Shown one piece after another: positions 1 through 15,000 of a DNA stretch of 64,000 nucleotides. The notes beneath the pieces were generated by a model that was given only the letters and a program-made list of their open reading frames with translations, was not told the origin of the DNA and did not search any database. This DNA is from Bispira polyomma (taxonomy: Eukaryota), in contig OZ287753.1 in assembly GCA_965649765.1 (NCBI GenBank), positions 62,744,001 to 62,808,000 on the forward strand. Reading direction: 5' to 3'. The translations under genes were made by a program, and so were the position numbers. How positions within the stretch are numbered: position 1 is the stretch's first letter; each line of letters begins with the position of its first letter.

Positions 1-3000
1 AAAACAGTTACTGACATTGAAGGCAAGGAAGAGGTAATAGAAGAAACTGTTGAGGAAGCTGTGAGTGAACCAGTTCTAGAACTGCACGTTACTGGAGATG
101 AAGCTGAAATAATGCCAGCTGTTATTGAAGACCTGCCTCTGACAGAAGATGTGGAAAAAGAAACTGTTGAAAAAATGGATGATACAGAGAAGGAAGAGAC
201 CATAATTGCAGACATTGAAACTAAAGATGAGTCTACACCAGTTACTTTTGAGGAAGCTGCAAGTGAGCCATTGGATGAAATAGTTTTAGAAAAGCATGTT
301 GGTGACGACGAAGTAGAAATGGAGCCTGCAGTTATTCCTGACATGCCTGTATCACTAGATGCAGATAGAGAAGCATTTGAGGAAGTAGCTGAGCTGTCTG
401 GAGATGCAGAGCCAGAGGAAGATACAAAACTTAAAGTAGACATCGAACTGCAAGATGATATCAGTGAAGAACATATTGACACAGAAACTCTTGTTGAAGC
501 TGAACCGGATACAGAAGCAAAGGAAAGTGTAGAGACTGGTATTGCCTCAGAAGAATTTGAAGATGCAGCCATTGCCGAAAGTGTGGTAACTGAAGCAATA
601 ATAGTGGCTACTGAAACAGTTAATGAATTTGCTGTAGAAGAATCAAGTAAAGACATAGAATCTATTGAGGAAGTATCAGATAAAACACAGGAGGAGAAAG
701 ATATTGATACTATAGAAGCAGTTTCTGAAGCAACAGCAGAAACCGTTATCCCTGATAAGAAATCAGTTGAAGTGGAAGGTGAACAAACTACTGTTGTCGT
801 GGAAGATGATACAGAAGAGGAAGTGAAAACTGTTACTGACATTGAAGGCAAGGAAGAGTTGATAGAAGAAACTGTTGAGGAAACTGTGAGTGAACCAGTT
901 CTAGAACAGCACGTTACTGAAGATGGAGCTGAAATAATGCCAGCTGCTATTGAAGAATTGCCTCTGACAGAAGACATGGAAAAAGAAACTGTTGAAAAAA
1001 TGGATGATACAGAGAAGGAAGAAACCAAAATTGCAGACATTGAAACTAAAGATGAGTCTACACCAGTTACTTTTGAGGAAGCTGCAAGTGAGCCATTGGA
1101 TGAAATAGTTTTAGAAGAGCATGTTGGTGACGACGAAGTACAAATTGAGTCTGCAGTTATTCCTCACATGCCTGTATCACTAGATGTAGATAGAGAAACA
1201 TTTGAGGAAGTAGCTGAGCCGTCTGGAGATGCAGAGCCGGAGGAAAATACAAAACTTAAATTAGACATCGAACTGCAAGATGATATCAGTGAAGAACATA
1301 TTGACACAGAAACTCTTGTTGAAACTGAACCGGATACAGAAGCAAAGGAAAGTATAGAGACTGGTATTGCCTCAGAAGAATTTAAAGGTGCAGCCATTGG
1401 CGAAAGTTTGGTAACTGAAGCAATAATAATGGCCACTGAAGTAGTGGATGAATTTGCTGTACAAGAATCAAGTAAAGACATAGAATCTATTGAGGAAGTA
1501 TCAGAGAAAGCACAGGAGAAAGATATTGATACTATAGAAGCAGTTTCTGAAGCAACAACAGAAACCGTTATGCCTGATAAGGAATCAGTTGAAGTGGAAG
1601 GTGAACAAACTACTGTTGTCGTGGAAGATGATACAGAAGAGGAAGTGAAAACTGTTACTGACACTGAAGGGAAGGATGAGTTGGTAGAAGAAACTGTTGA
1701 GGAAGCTGTTAGTGAACCAGTTCTAGAACAGCACGTTACTGAAGATGAAGCTGAAATAATGCCAGCTGGTATTGAAGACTTGCCTCCAACAGAAGATGTG
1801 GAAAAAGAAACTGTTGAAAAAATGGATGATACAGAGAAGGAAGAGACCATAATTGCAGACATTGAAACTAAAGATGAGTCTACACCAGTTACTTTTGAGG
1901 AAGCTGCAAGTGAGCCATTGGATGAAATAGTTTTAGAAAAGCATGTTGGTGATGACGAAGTAGAAATGGAGCCTGCAGTTATTCCTGACATGCCTGTATC
2001 ACTAGATGTAGATAGAGAAGCATTTGAGGAAGTATCTGAGCCGTCTGGAGATGCAGAGCCAGAGGAAGATACAAAACTTAAAGTAGACATCGAACTGCAA
2101 GATATCAGTGAAGAACATATTGACAAAGAAACTCTTATTGAAACTGAACCAGATACAGAAGCAAAGGAAAGTGTAGAGACTGGTATTGCCTCAGAAGAAT
2201 TTGAAGATGTAGCCATTGCCGAAAGTGTGGTAACTGAAGCAATAATAATGGCTACTGAAACAGTGGATGAATTTGCTGTAGAAGAATCAAGTAAAGACAT
2301 AGAATCTATTGAGGAAGTATCAGATAAAACACAGGAGGAAAAAGATATTGATACTATAGAAGCAGTTTCTGAAGCAACAGCAGAAACCGTTATCCCTGAT
2401 AAGAAATCAGTTGAAGTGGAAGGTGAACAAACTACTGTTGTCATAAAAGATGATACAGAAGAAGAAGTGAAAACAGTTACTGACATTGAAGGCAAGGAAG
2501 AGGTAATAGAAGAAACTGTTGAGGAAGCTGTGAGTGAACCAGTTCTAGAACTGCACGTTACTGGAGATGAAGCTGAAATAATGCCAGCTGTTATTGAAGA
2601 CCTGCCTCTGACAGAAGATGTGGAAAAAGAAACTGTTGAAAAAATGGATGATACAGAGAAGGAAGAGACCATAATTGCAGACATTGAAACTAAAGATGAG
2701 TCTACACCAGTTACTTTTGAGGAAGCTGCAAGTGAGCCATTGGATGAAATAGTTTTAGAAAAGCATGTTGGTGACGACGAAGTAGAAATGGAGCCTGCAG
2801 TTATTCCTGACATGCCTGTATCACTAGATGCAGATAGAGAAGCATTTGAGGAAGTAGCTGAGCTGTCTGGAGATGCAGAGCCAGAGGAAGATACAAAACT
2901 TAAAGTAGACATCGAACTGCAAGATGATATCAGTGAAGAACATATTGACACAGAAACTCTTGTTGAAGCTGAACCGGATACAGAAGCAAAGGAAAGTGTA

Positions 3001-6000
3001 GAGACTGGTATTGCCTCAGAAGAATTTGAAGATGCAGCCATTGCCGAAAGTGTGGTAACTGAAGCAATAATAATGGCTACTGAAACAGTTAATGAATTTG
3101 CTGTAGAAGAATCAAGTAAAGACATAGAATCTATTGAGGAAGTATCAGATAAAACACAGGAGGAGAAAGATATTGATACTATAGAAGCAGTTTCTGAAGC
3201 AACAGCAGAAACCGTTATCCCTGATAAGAAATCAGTTGAAGTGGAAGGTGAAGAAACTACTGTTGTCGTGGAAGATGATACAGAAGAGGAAGTGAAAACT
3301 GTTACTGACATTGAAGGCAAGGAAGAGTTGATAGAAGAAACTGTTGAGGAAACTGTGAGTGAACCAGTTCTAGAACAGCACGTTACTGAAGATGGAGCTG
3401 AAATAATGCCAGCTGCTATTGAAGAATTGCCTCTGACAGAAGACATGGAAAAAGAAACTGTTGAAAAAATGGATGATACAGAGAAGGAAGAAACCAAAAT
3501 TGCAGACATTGAAACTAAAGATAAGTCTACACCAGTTACTTTTGAGGAAGCTGCAAGTGAGCCATTGGATGAAATAGTTTTAGAAGAGCATGTTGGTGAC
3601 GACGAAGTACAAATTGAGTCTGCAGTTATTCCTCACATGCCTGTATCACTAGATGTAGATAGAGAAACATTTGAGGAAGTAGCTGAGCCGTCTGGAGATG
3701 CAGAGCCGGAGGAAAATACAAAACTTAAATTAGACATCGAACTGCAAGATGATATCAGTGAAGAACATATTGACACAGAAACTCTTGTTGAAACTGAACC
3801 GGATACAGAAGCAAAGGAAAGTATAGAGACTGGTATTGCCTCAGAAGAATTTAAAGGTGCAGCCATTGGCGAAAGTTTGGTAACTGAAGCAATAATAATG
3901 GCCACTGAAGTAGTGGATGAATTTGCTGTACAAGAATCAAGTAAAGACATAGAATCTATTGAGGAAGTATCAGAGAAAGCACAGGAGAAAGATATTGATA
4001 CTATAGAAGCAGTTTCTGAAGCAACAACAGAAACCGTTATGCCTGATAAGGAATCAGTTGAAGTGGAAGGTGAACAAACTACTGTTGTCGTGGAAGATGA
4101 TACAGAAGAGGAAGTGAAAACTGTTACTGACACTGAAGGGAAGGATGAGTTGGTAGAAGAAACTGTTGAGGAAGCTGTTAGTGAACCAGTTCTAGAACAG
4201 CACGTTACTGAAGATGAAGCTGAAATAATGCCAGCTGGTATTGAAGACTTGCCTCCAACAGAAGATGTGGAAAAAGAAACTGTTGAAAAAATGGATGATA
4301 CAGAGAAGGAAGAGACCATAATTGCAGACATTGAAACTAAAGATGAGTCTACACCAGTTACTTTTGAGGAAGCTGCAAGTGAGCCATTGGATGAAATAGT
4401 TTTAGAAAAGCATGTTGGTGATGACGAAGTAGAAATGGAGCCTGCAGTTATTCCTGACATGCCTGTATCACTAGATGTAGATAGAGAAGCATTTGAGGAA
4501 GTATCTGAGCCGTCTGGAGATGCAGAGCCAGAGGAAGATACAAAACTTAAAGTAGACATCGAACTGCAAGATATCAGTGAAGAACATATTGACAAAGAAA
4601 CTCTTATTGAAACTGAACCAGATACAGAAGCAAAGGAAAGTGTAGAGACTGGTATTGCCTCAGAAGAATTTGAAGATGTAGCCATTGCCGAAAGTGTGGT
4701 AACTGAAGCAATAATAATGGCTACTGAAACAGTGGATGAATTTGCTGTAGAAGAATCAAGTAAAGACATAGAATCTATTGAGGAAGTATCAGATAAAACA
4801 CAGGAGGAAAAAGATATTGATACTATAGAAGCAGTTTCTGAAGCAACAGCAGAAACCGTTATCCCTGATAAGAAATCAGTTGAAGTGGAAGGTGAACAAA
4901 CTACTGTTGTCATAAAAGATGATACAGAAGAAGAAGTGAAAACAGTTACTGACATTGAAGGCAAGGAAGAGGTAATAGAAGAAACTGTTGAGGAAGCTGT
5001 GAGTGAACCAGTTCTAGAACTGCACGTTACTGGAGATGAAGCTGAAATAATGCCAGCTGTTATTGAAGACCTGCCTCTGACAGAAGATGTGGAAAAAGAA
5101 ACTGTTGAAAAAATGGATGATACAGAGAAGGAAGAGACCATAATTGCAGACATTGAAACTAAAGATGAGTCTACACCAGTTACTTTTGAGGAAGCTGCAA
5201 GTGAGCCATTGGATGAAATAGTTTTAGAAAAGCATGTTGGTGACGACGAAGTAGAAATGGAGCCTGCAGTTATTCCTGACATGCCTGTATCACTAGATGC
5301 AGATAGAGAAGCATTTGAGGAAGTAGCTGAGCTGTCTGGAGATGCAGAGCCAGAGGAAGATACAAAACTTAAAGTAGACATCGAACTGCAAGATGATATC
5401 AGTGAAGAACATATTGACACAGAAACTCTTGTTGAAGCTGAACCGGATACAGAAGCAAAGGAAAGTGTAGAGACTGGTATTGCCTCAGAAGAATTTGAAG
5501 ATGCAGCCATTGCCGAAAGTGTGGTAACTGAAGCAATAATAATGGCTACTGAAACAGTTAATGAATTTGCTGTAGAAGAATCAAGTAAAGACATAGAATC
5601 TATTGAGGAAGTATCAGATAAAACACAGGAGGAGAAAGATATTGATACTATAGAAGCAGTTTCTGAAGCAACAGCAGAAACCGTTATCCCTGATAAGAAA
5701 TCAGTTGAAGTGGAAGGTGAAGAAACTACTGTTGTCGTGGAAGATGATACAGAAGAGGAAGTGAAAACTGTTACTGACATTGAAGGCAAGGAAGAGTTGA
5801 TAGAAGAAACTGTTGAGGAAACTGTGAGTGAACCAGTTCTAGAACAGCACGTTACTGAAGATGGAGCTGAAATAATGCCAGCTGCTATTGAAGAATTGCC
5901 TCTGACAGAAGACATGGAAAAAGAAACTGTTGAAAAAATGGATGATACAGAGAAGGAAGAAACCAAAATTGCAGACATTGAAACTAAAGATGAGTCTACA

Positions 6001-9000
6001 CCAGTTACTTTTGAAGAAGCTGCAAGTGAGCCATTGGATGAAATAGTTTTAGAAGAGCATGTTGGTGACGACCAAGTACAAATTGAGTCTGCAGTTATTC
6101 CTCACATGCCTGTATCACTAGATGTAGATAGAGAAACATTTGAGGAAGTAGCTGAGCCGTCTGGAGATGCAGAGCCAGAGGAAGATACAAAACTTAAATT
6201 AGACATCGAACTGCAAGATGATATCAGTGAAGAACATATTGACACAGAAACTCTTGTTGAAGCTGAACCGGATACAGAAGCAAAGGAAAGTGTAGAGACT
6301 GGTATTGCCTCAGAAGAATTTGAAGATGCAGCCATTGCCGAAAGTGTGGTAACTGAAGCAATAATAATGGCTACTGAAACAGTGGATGAATTTGCTGTAG
6401 AAGAATCAAGTAAAGACATGGAATCTTTAGAGAAAGTATCAGAGAAAACACAGGAGGAGAAAGATATTGATACTATAGAAGCAGTTTCTGAAGTAACAGC
6501 AGAAACCGTTATCCCTGATAAGAAATCAGTTGAAGTGGAAGGTGAACAAACTACTGTTGTCGTGGAAGATGATACAGAGGAGGAAGTGAAAACTGTTATT
6601 GACATTGAAGGCAAGGAAGAGTTGATAGAAGAAACTGTTGAGGAAGCTGTGAGTGAACCAGTTCTAGAACAGCATGTTACTGAAGATGGAGCTGAAATAA
6701 TGCCAGCTGTTATTGAAGAATTGCCTCTGACAGAAGACGTGGAAAAAGAAACTGTTGAAAAAATATATGATACAGAGAAGGGAGAAACCAAAATTGCAGA
6801 CATTGAAACTAAAGATGAGTCTACACCAGTTACTTTTGAGGAAGCTGCAAGTGAGCCATTGGATGAAATAGTTTTAGAAGAGCATGTTGGTGACGACGAA
6901 GTACAAATTGAGTCTGCAGTTATTCCTCACATGCCTGTATCACTAGATGTAGATAGAGAAACATTTGAGGAAGTAGCTGAGCCGTCTGGAGATGCAGAGC
7001 CGGAGGAAAATACAAAACTTAAATTAGACATCGAACTGCAAGATGATATCAGTGAAGAACATATTGACACAGAAACTCTTGTTGAAACTGAACCGGATAC
7101 AGAAGCAAAGGAAAGTATAGAGACTGGTATTGCCTCAGAAGAATTTAAAGGTGCAGCCATTGGCGAAAGTTTGGTAACTGAAGCAATAATAATGGCCACT
7201 GAAGTAGTGGATGAATTTGCTGTACAAGAATCAAGTAAAGACATAGAATCTATTGAGGAAGTATCAGAGAAAGCACAGGAGAAAGATATTGATACTATAG
7301 AAGCAGTTTCTGAAGCAACAACAGAAACCGTTATGCCTGATAAGGAATCAGTTGAAGTGGAAGGTGAACAAACTACTGTTGTCGTGGAAGATGATACAGA
7401 AGAGGAAGTGAAAACTGTTACTGACACTGAAGGGAAGGATGAGTTGGTAGAAGAAACTGTTGAGGAAGCTGTTAGTGAACCAGTTCTAGAACAGCACGTT
7501 ACTGAAGATGAAGCAGAAATAAGGCCAGCTGGTATTGAAGACTTGCCTCCAACAGAAGATGTGGAAAAAGAAACTGTTGAAAAAATGGATGATACAGAGA
7601 AGGAAGAGACCATAATTGCAGACATTGAAACTAAAGATGAGTCTACACCAGTTACTTTTGAGGAAGCTGCAAGTGAGCCATTGGATGAAATAGTTTTAGA
7701 AAAGCATGTTGGTGATGACGAAGTAGAAATGGAGCCTGCAGTTATTCCTGACATGCCTGTATCACTAGATGTAGATAGAGAAGCATTTGAGGAAGTATCT
7801 GAGCCGTCTGGAGATGCAGAGCCAGAGGAAGATACAAAACTTAAAGTAGACATCGAACTGCAAGATATCAGTGAAGAACATATTGACAAAGAAACTCTTA
7901 TTGAAACTGAACCAGATACAGAAGCAAAGGAAAGTGTAGAGACTGGTATTGCCTCAGAAGAATTTGAAGATGTAGCCATTGCCGAAAGTGTGGTAACTGA
8001 AGCAATAATAATGGCTACTGAAACAGTGGATGAATTTGCTGTAGAAGAATCAAGTAAAGACATAGAATCTATTGAGGAAGTATCAGATAAAACACAGGAG
8101 GAAAAAGATATTGATACTATAGAAGCAGTTTCTGAAGCAACAGCAGAAACCGTTATCCCTGATAAGAAATCAGTTGAAGTGGAAGGTGAACAAACTACTG
8201 TTGTCGTGGAAGATGATACAGAGGAGGAAGTGAAAACTGTTATTGACATTGAAGGCAAGGAAGAGTTGATAGAAGAAACTGTTGAGGAAGCTGTGAGTGA
8301 ACCAGTTCTAGAACAGCACGTTACTGAAGATGGAGCTGAAATAATGCCAGCTGTTATTGAAGAATTGCCTCTGACAGAAGACGTGGAAAAAGAAACTGTT
8401 GAAAAAATAGATGATACAGAGAAGGAAGAAACCAAAATTGCAGACATTGAAACTAAAGATGAGTCTACACCAGTTACTTTTGAGGAAGCTGCAAGTGAGC
8501 TATTGGATGAAATAGTTTTAGAAAAGCATGTTGGTGACGACGAAGTACAAATTGAGTCTGCAGTTATTCCTCACATGCCTGTATCACTAGATGTAGATAG
8601 AGAAACATTTGAGGAAGTAGCTGAGCCGTCTGGAGATGCAGAGCCAGAGGAAGATACAAAACTTAAATTAGACATCGAACTGCAAGATGATATCAGTGAA
8701 GAACATATTGACAAAGAAACTCTTGTTGAAACTGAACTGGATACAGAAGCAAAGGAAAGTGTAGAGACTGGTATTGCCTCAGAAGAATTTAAAGGTGCAG
8801 CCATTGGCGAAAGTTTGGTAACTGAAGCAATAATAATGGCCACTGAAGTAGTGGATGAATTTGCTGTAGAAGAATCAAGTAAAGACATAGAATCTATTGA
8901 GGAAGTATCAGAGAAAGCACAGGAGAAAGATATTGATACTATAGAAGCAGTTTCTGAAGTAACAGCAGAAACCGTTATCCCTGATAAGAAATCAGTTGAA

Positions 9001-12000
9001 GTGGAAGGTGAACAAACTACTGTTGTCGTGGAAGATGATACAGAAGAGGAAGTGAAAACTGTTACTGACATTGAAGGCAAGGAAGAGTTGATAGAAGAAA
9101 CTGTTGAGGAAGCTGTTAGTGAACCAGTTCTAGAACAGCACGTTACTGAAGATGAAGCTGAAATAATGCCAGCTGGTATTGAAGACTTGCCTCCAACAGA
9201 AGATGTGGAAAAAGAAACTGTTGAAAAAATGCATGATACAGAAAAGGAAGAGACCATAATTGTAGACATTGAAACTAAAGAGGAGTGTACACCAGTTACT
9301 TTTGAGGAAGCTGCAAGTGAGCCATTGGAAGAAATGGTTTTAGTAAAGCATGTTGGTGACGAAGTAGAAATGGAGCCTGCAGTTATTCCTCACATGCCTG
9401 TATCACTAGATGTAGATAGAGAAACATTTGAGGAAGTAGCTGAGCCGTCTGGAGATGCAGAGCCAGAGGAAGATACAAAACTTAAATTAGACATCGAACT
9501 GCAAGATGATATCAGAGAAGAACATATTGACAAAGAAACTGTTGTTGAAACTGAACTGGATACAGAAGCAAAGGAAAGTGTAGAGACTGGTATTGCCTCA
9601 AAAGAATTTAAAGGTGCAGCCATTGGCGAAAGTTTGGTAACTGAAGCAATAATAATGGCCACTGAAGTAGTGGATGAATTTGCTGTAGAAGAATCAAGTA
9701 AAGACATAGAATCTATTGAGGAAGTATCAGAGAAAGCACAGGAGAAAGATATTGATACTATAGAAGCAGTTTCTGAAGCAACAACAGAAACCATTATCCC
9801 TGATAAGGAATCAGTTGAAGTGGAAGGTGAACAAACTACTGTTGTCATAAAAGATGATACAGAAGAGGAAGTGAAAACTGTTACTGACACTGAAGGGAAG
9901 GATGAGTTGGTAGAAGAAACTGTTGAGGAAGCTGTTAGTGAACCAGTTCTAGAACAGCACGTTACTGAAGATGAAGCTGAAATAATGCCAGCTGGTATTG
10001 AAGACTTGCCTCCAACAGAAGATGTGGAAAAAGAAACTGTTGAAAAAATGCATGATACAGAAAAGGAAGAGACCATAATTGCAGAAACTGAAACTAAAGA
10101 GGAGTGTACACCAGTTACTTTTGAGGAAGCTGCAAGTGAGCCATTGGAAGAAATGGTTTTAGTAAAGCATGTTGGTGACGAAGTAGAAATGGAGCCTGCA
10201 GTTATTCCTCACATGCCTGTATCACTAGATGTAGATAGAGAAACATTTGAGGAAGTAGCTGAGCCATCTGGAGATGCAGAGCCAGAGGAAGATACAAAAG
10301 TTAAATTAGACATCGAACTGCAAGATGATATCAGTGAAGAACATATTGACACAGAAACTCTTGTTGAAACTGAACTGGATACAGAAGCAAAGGAAAGTGT
10401 AGAGACTGGTATTGCCTCAGAAGAATTTAAAGGTGCAGCCATTGGCGAAAGTTTGGTAACTGAAGCAATAATAATGGCCACTGAAGTAGTGGATGAATTT
10501 GCTGTAGAAGAATCAAGTAAAGACATAGAATCTATTGAGGAAGTATCAGAGAAAGCACAGGAGAAAGATATTGATACTATAGAAGCAGTTTCTGAAGCAA
10601 CAACAGAAACCGTTGTCCCTGATAAGGAATCAGTTGAAGTGGAAGGTGAACAAACTACTGTTGTCGTGGAAGATGATACAGAAGAGGAAGTGAAAACTGT
10701 TACTGACATTGAAGGCAAGGAAGAGTTGATAGAAGAAACTGTTGAGGAAGCTGTGAGTGAACCAGTTCTAGAACAGCACGTTACTGAAGATATAGCTGAA
10801 ATAATGCCAGCTGTTATTGAAGATTTGCCTCTGACAGAAGATGTGGAAAAAGAAACTGTTGAAATAATGCATGATACAGAGAAGGAAGAAACCAAAATTG
10901 CAGACATTGAAACTAAAGAGGAGTGTACACCAGTTACTTTTGAGGAAGCTGCAAGTGAGCCATTGGAAGAAATGGTTTTAGTAAAGCATGTTGGTGACGA
11001 AGTAGAAATGGAGCCTGCAGTTATTCCTGACATGCCTGTATCACTAGATGTAGATAGAGAAACATTTGAGGAAGTAGCTGAGCCGTCTGGAGATGCAGAG
11101 CCAGAGGAAGATACAAAACTTAAATTAGACATCGAACTGCAACATGATATCAGTGAAGAACGTATTGACAAAGAAACTCTTGTTGAAACTGAACTAGATA
11201 CAGAAGCAAAGGAAAGTGTAGAGACTGGTATTGCCTCAGAAGAATTTAAAGGTGCAGCCATTGGCGAAAGTTTGGTAACTGAAGCAATAATAATGGCCAC
11301 TGAAGTAGTGGATGAATTTGCTGTACAAGAATCAAGTAAAGACATAGAATCTATTGAGGAAGTATCAGAGAAAGCACAGGAGAAAGATATTGATACTATA
11401 GAAGCAGTTTCTGAAGCAACAACAGAAACCGTTATCCCTGATAAGGAATCAGATGAAGTGGAAGGTGAACAAACTACTGTTGTCATAAAAGATGATACAG
11501 AAGAGGAAGTGAAAACTGTTACTGACACTGAAGGGAAGGATGAGTTGATAGAAGAAACTGTTGAGGAAGCTGTTAGTGAACCAGTTCTAGAACAGCACGT
11601 TACTGAAGATGAAGCTGAAATAATGCCAGCTGGTATTGAAGACTTGCCTCCAACAGAAGATGTGGAAAAAGAAACTGTTGAAAAAATGCATGATACAGAA
11701 AAGGAAGAGACCATAATTGCAGAAACTGAAACTAAAGAGGAGTGTACACCAGTTACTTTTGAGGAAGCTGCAAGTGAGCCATTGGAAGAAATGGTTTTAG
11801 TAAAGCATGTTGGTGACGAAGTAGAAATGGAGCCTGCAGTTATTCCTCACATGCCTGTATCACTAGATGTAGATAGAGAAACATTTGAGGAAGTAGCTGA
11901 GCCATCTGGAGATGCAGAGCCAGAGGAAGATACAAAAGTTAAATTAGACATCGAACTGCAAGATGATATCAGTGAAGAACATATTGACACAGAAACTCTT

Positions 12001-15000
12001 GTTGAAACTGAACTGGATACAGAAGCAAAGGAAAGTGTAGAGACTGGTATTGCCTCAGAAGAATTTAAAGGTGCAGCCATTGGCGAAAGTTTGGTAACTG
12101 AAGCAATAATAATGGCCACTGAAGTAGTGGATGAATTTGCTGTAGAAGAATCAAGTAAAGACATAGAATCTATTGAGGAAGTATCAGAGAAAGCACAGGA
12201 GAAAGATATTGATACTATAGAAGCAGTTTCTGAAGCAACAACAGAAACCGTTGTCCCTGATAAGGAATCAGTTGAAGTGGAAGGTGAACAAACTACTGTT
12301 GTCGTGGAAGATGATACAGAAGAGGAAGTGAAAACTGTTACTGACATTGAAGGCAAGGAAGAGTTGATAGAAGAAACTGTTGAGGAAGCTGTGAGTGAAC
12401 CAGTTCTAGAACAGCACGTTACTGAAGATATAGCTGAAATAATGCCAGCTGTTATTGAAGATTTGCCTCTGACAGAAGATGTGGAAAAAGAAACTGTTGA
12501 AATAATGCATGATACAGAGAAGGAAGAAACCAAAATTGCAGACATTGAAACTAAAGAGGAGTGTACACCAGTTACTTTTGAGGAAGCTGCAAGTGAGCCA
12601 TTGGAAGAAATGGTTTTAGTAAAGCATGTTGGTGACGAAGTAGAAATGGAGCCTGCAGTTATTCCTGACATGCCTGTATCACTAGATGTAGATAGAGAAA
12701 CATTTGAGGAAGTAGCTGAGCCGTCTGGAGATGCAGAGCCAGAGGAAGATACAAAACTTAAATTAGACATCGAACTGCAACATGATATCAGTGAAGAACG
12801 TATTGACAAAGAAACTCTTGTTGAAACTGAACTAGATACAGAAGCAAAGGAAAGTGTAGAGACTGGTATTGCCTCAGAAGAATTTAAAGGTGCAGCCATT
12901 GGCGAAAGTTTGGTAACTGAAGCAATAATAATGGCCACTGAAGTAGTGGATGAATTTGCTGTACAAGAATCAAGTAAAGACATAGAATCTATTGAGGAAG
13001 TATCAGAGAAAGCACAGGAGAAAGATATTGATACTATAGAAGCAGTTTCTGAAGCAACAACAGAAACCGTTATCCCTGATAAGGAATCAGATGAAGTGGA
13101 AGGTGAACAAACTACTGTTGTCATAAAAGATGATACAGAAGAGGAAGTGAAAACTGTTACTGACACTGAAGGGAAGGATGAGTTGATAGAAGAAACTGTT
13201 GAGGAAGCTGTTAGTGAACCAGTTCTAGAACAGCACGTTACTGAAGATGAAGCTGAAATAATGCCAGCTGGTATTGAAGACTTGCCTCCAACAGAAGATG
13301 TGGAAAAAGAAACTGTTGAAAAAATGCATGATACAGAAAAGGAAGAGACCATAATTGCAGAAACTGAAACTAAAGAGGAGTGTACACCAGTTACTTTTGA
13401 GGAAGCTGCAAGTGAGCCATTGGAAGAAATGGTTTTAGTAAAGCATGTTGGTGACGAAGTAGAAATGGAGCCTGCAGTTATTCCTGACATGCCTGTATCA
13501 CTAGATGTAGATAGAGAAACATTTGAGGAAGTAGCTGAGCCATCTGGAGATGCAGAGCCAGAGGAAGATACAAAAGTTAAATTAGACATCGAACTGCAAG
13601 ATGATATCAGTGAAGAACATATTGACACAGAAACTCTTGTTGAAACTGAACTGGATACAGAAGCAAAGGAAAGTGTAGAGACTGGTATTGCCTCAGAAGA
13701 ATTTAAAGGTGCAGCCATTGGCGAAAGTTTGGTAACTGAAGCAATAATAATGGCCACTGAAGTAGTGGATGAATTTGCTGTAGAAGAATCAAGTAAAGAC
13801 ATAGAATCTATTGAGGAAGTATCAGAGAAAGCACAGGAGAAAGATATTGATACTATAGAAGCAGTTTCTGAAGCAACAACAGAAACCGTTATCCCTGATA
13901 AGGAATCAGATGAAGTGGAAGGTGAACAAACTACTGTTGTCATAAAAGATGATACAGAAGAGGAAGTGAAAACTGTTACTGACACTGAAGGGAAGGATGA
14001 GTTGATAGAAGAAACTGTTGAGGAAGCTGTTAGTGAACCAGTTCTAGAACAGCACGTTACTGAAGATGAAGCTGAAATAATGCCAGCTGGTATTGAAGAC
14101 TTGCCTCCAACAGAAGATGTGGAAAAAGAAACTGTTGAAAAAATGCATGATACAGAAAAGGAAGAGACCATAATTGCAGAAACTGAAACTAAAGAGGAGT
14201 GTACACCAGTTACTTTTGAGGAAGCTGCAAGTGAGCCATTGGAAGAAATGGTTTTAGTAAAGCATGTTGGTGACGAAGTAGAAATGGAGCCTGCAGTTAT
14301 TCCTCACATGCCTGTATCACTAGATGTAGATAGAGAAACATTTGAGGAAGTAGCTGAGCCATCTGGAGATGCAGAGCCAGAGGAAGATACAAAAGTTAAA
14401 TTAGACATCGAACTGCAAGATGATATCAGTGAAGAACATATTGACACAGAAACTCTTGTTGAAACTGAACTGGATACAGAAGCAAAGGAAAGTGTAGAGA
14501 CTGGTATTGCCTCAGAAGAATTTAAAGGTGCAGCCATTGGCGAAAGTTTGGTAACTGAAGCAATAATAATGGCCACTGAAGTAGTGGATGAATTTGCTGT
14601 AGAAGAATCAAGTAAAGACATAGAATCTATTGAGGAAGTATCAGAGAAAGCACAGGAGAAAGATATTGATACTATAGAAGCAGTTTCTGAAGCAACAACA
14701 GAAACCGTTGTCCCTGATAAGGAATCAGTTGAAGTGGAAGGTGAACAAACTACTGTTGTCGTGGAAGATGATACAGAAGAGGAAGTGAAAACTGTTACTG
14801 ACATTGAAGGCAAGGAAGAGTTGATAGAAGAAACTGTTGAGGAAGCTGTGAGTGAACCAGTTCTAGAACAGCACGTTACTGAAGATATAGCTGAAATAAT
14901 GCCAGCTGTTATTGAAGATTTGCCTCTGACAGAAGATGTGGAAAAAGAAACTGTTGAAATAATGCATGATACAGAGAAGGAAGAAACCAAAATTGCAGAC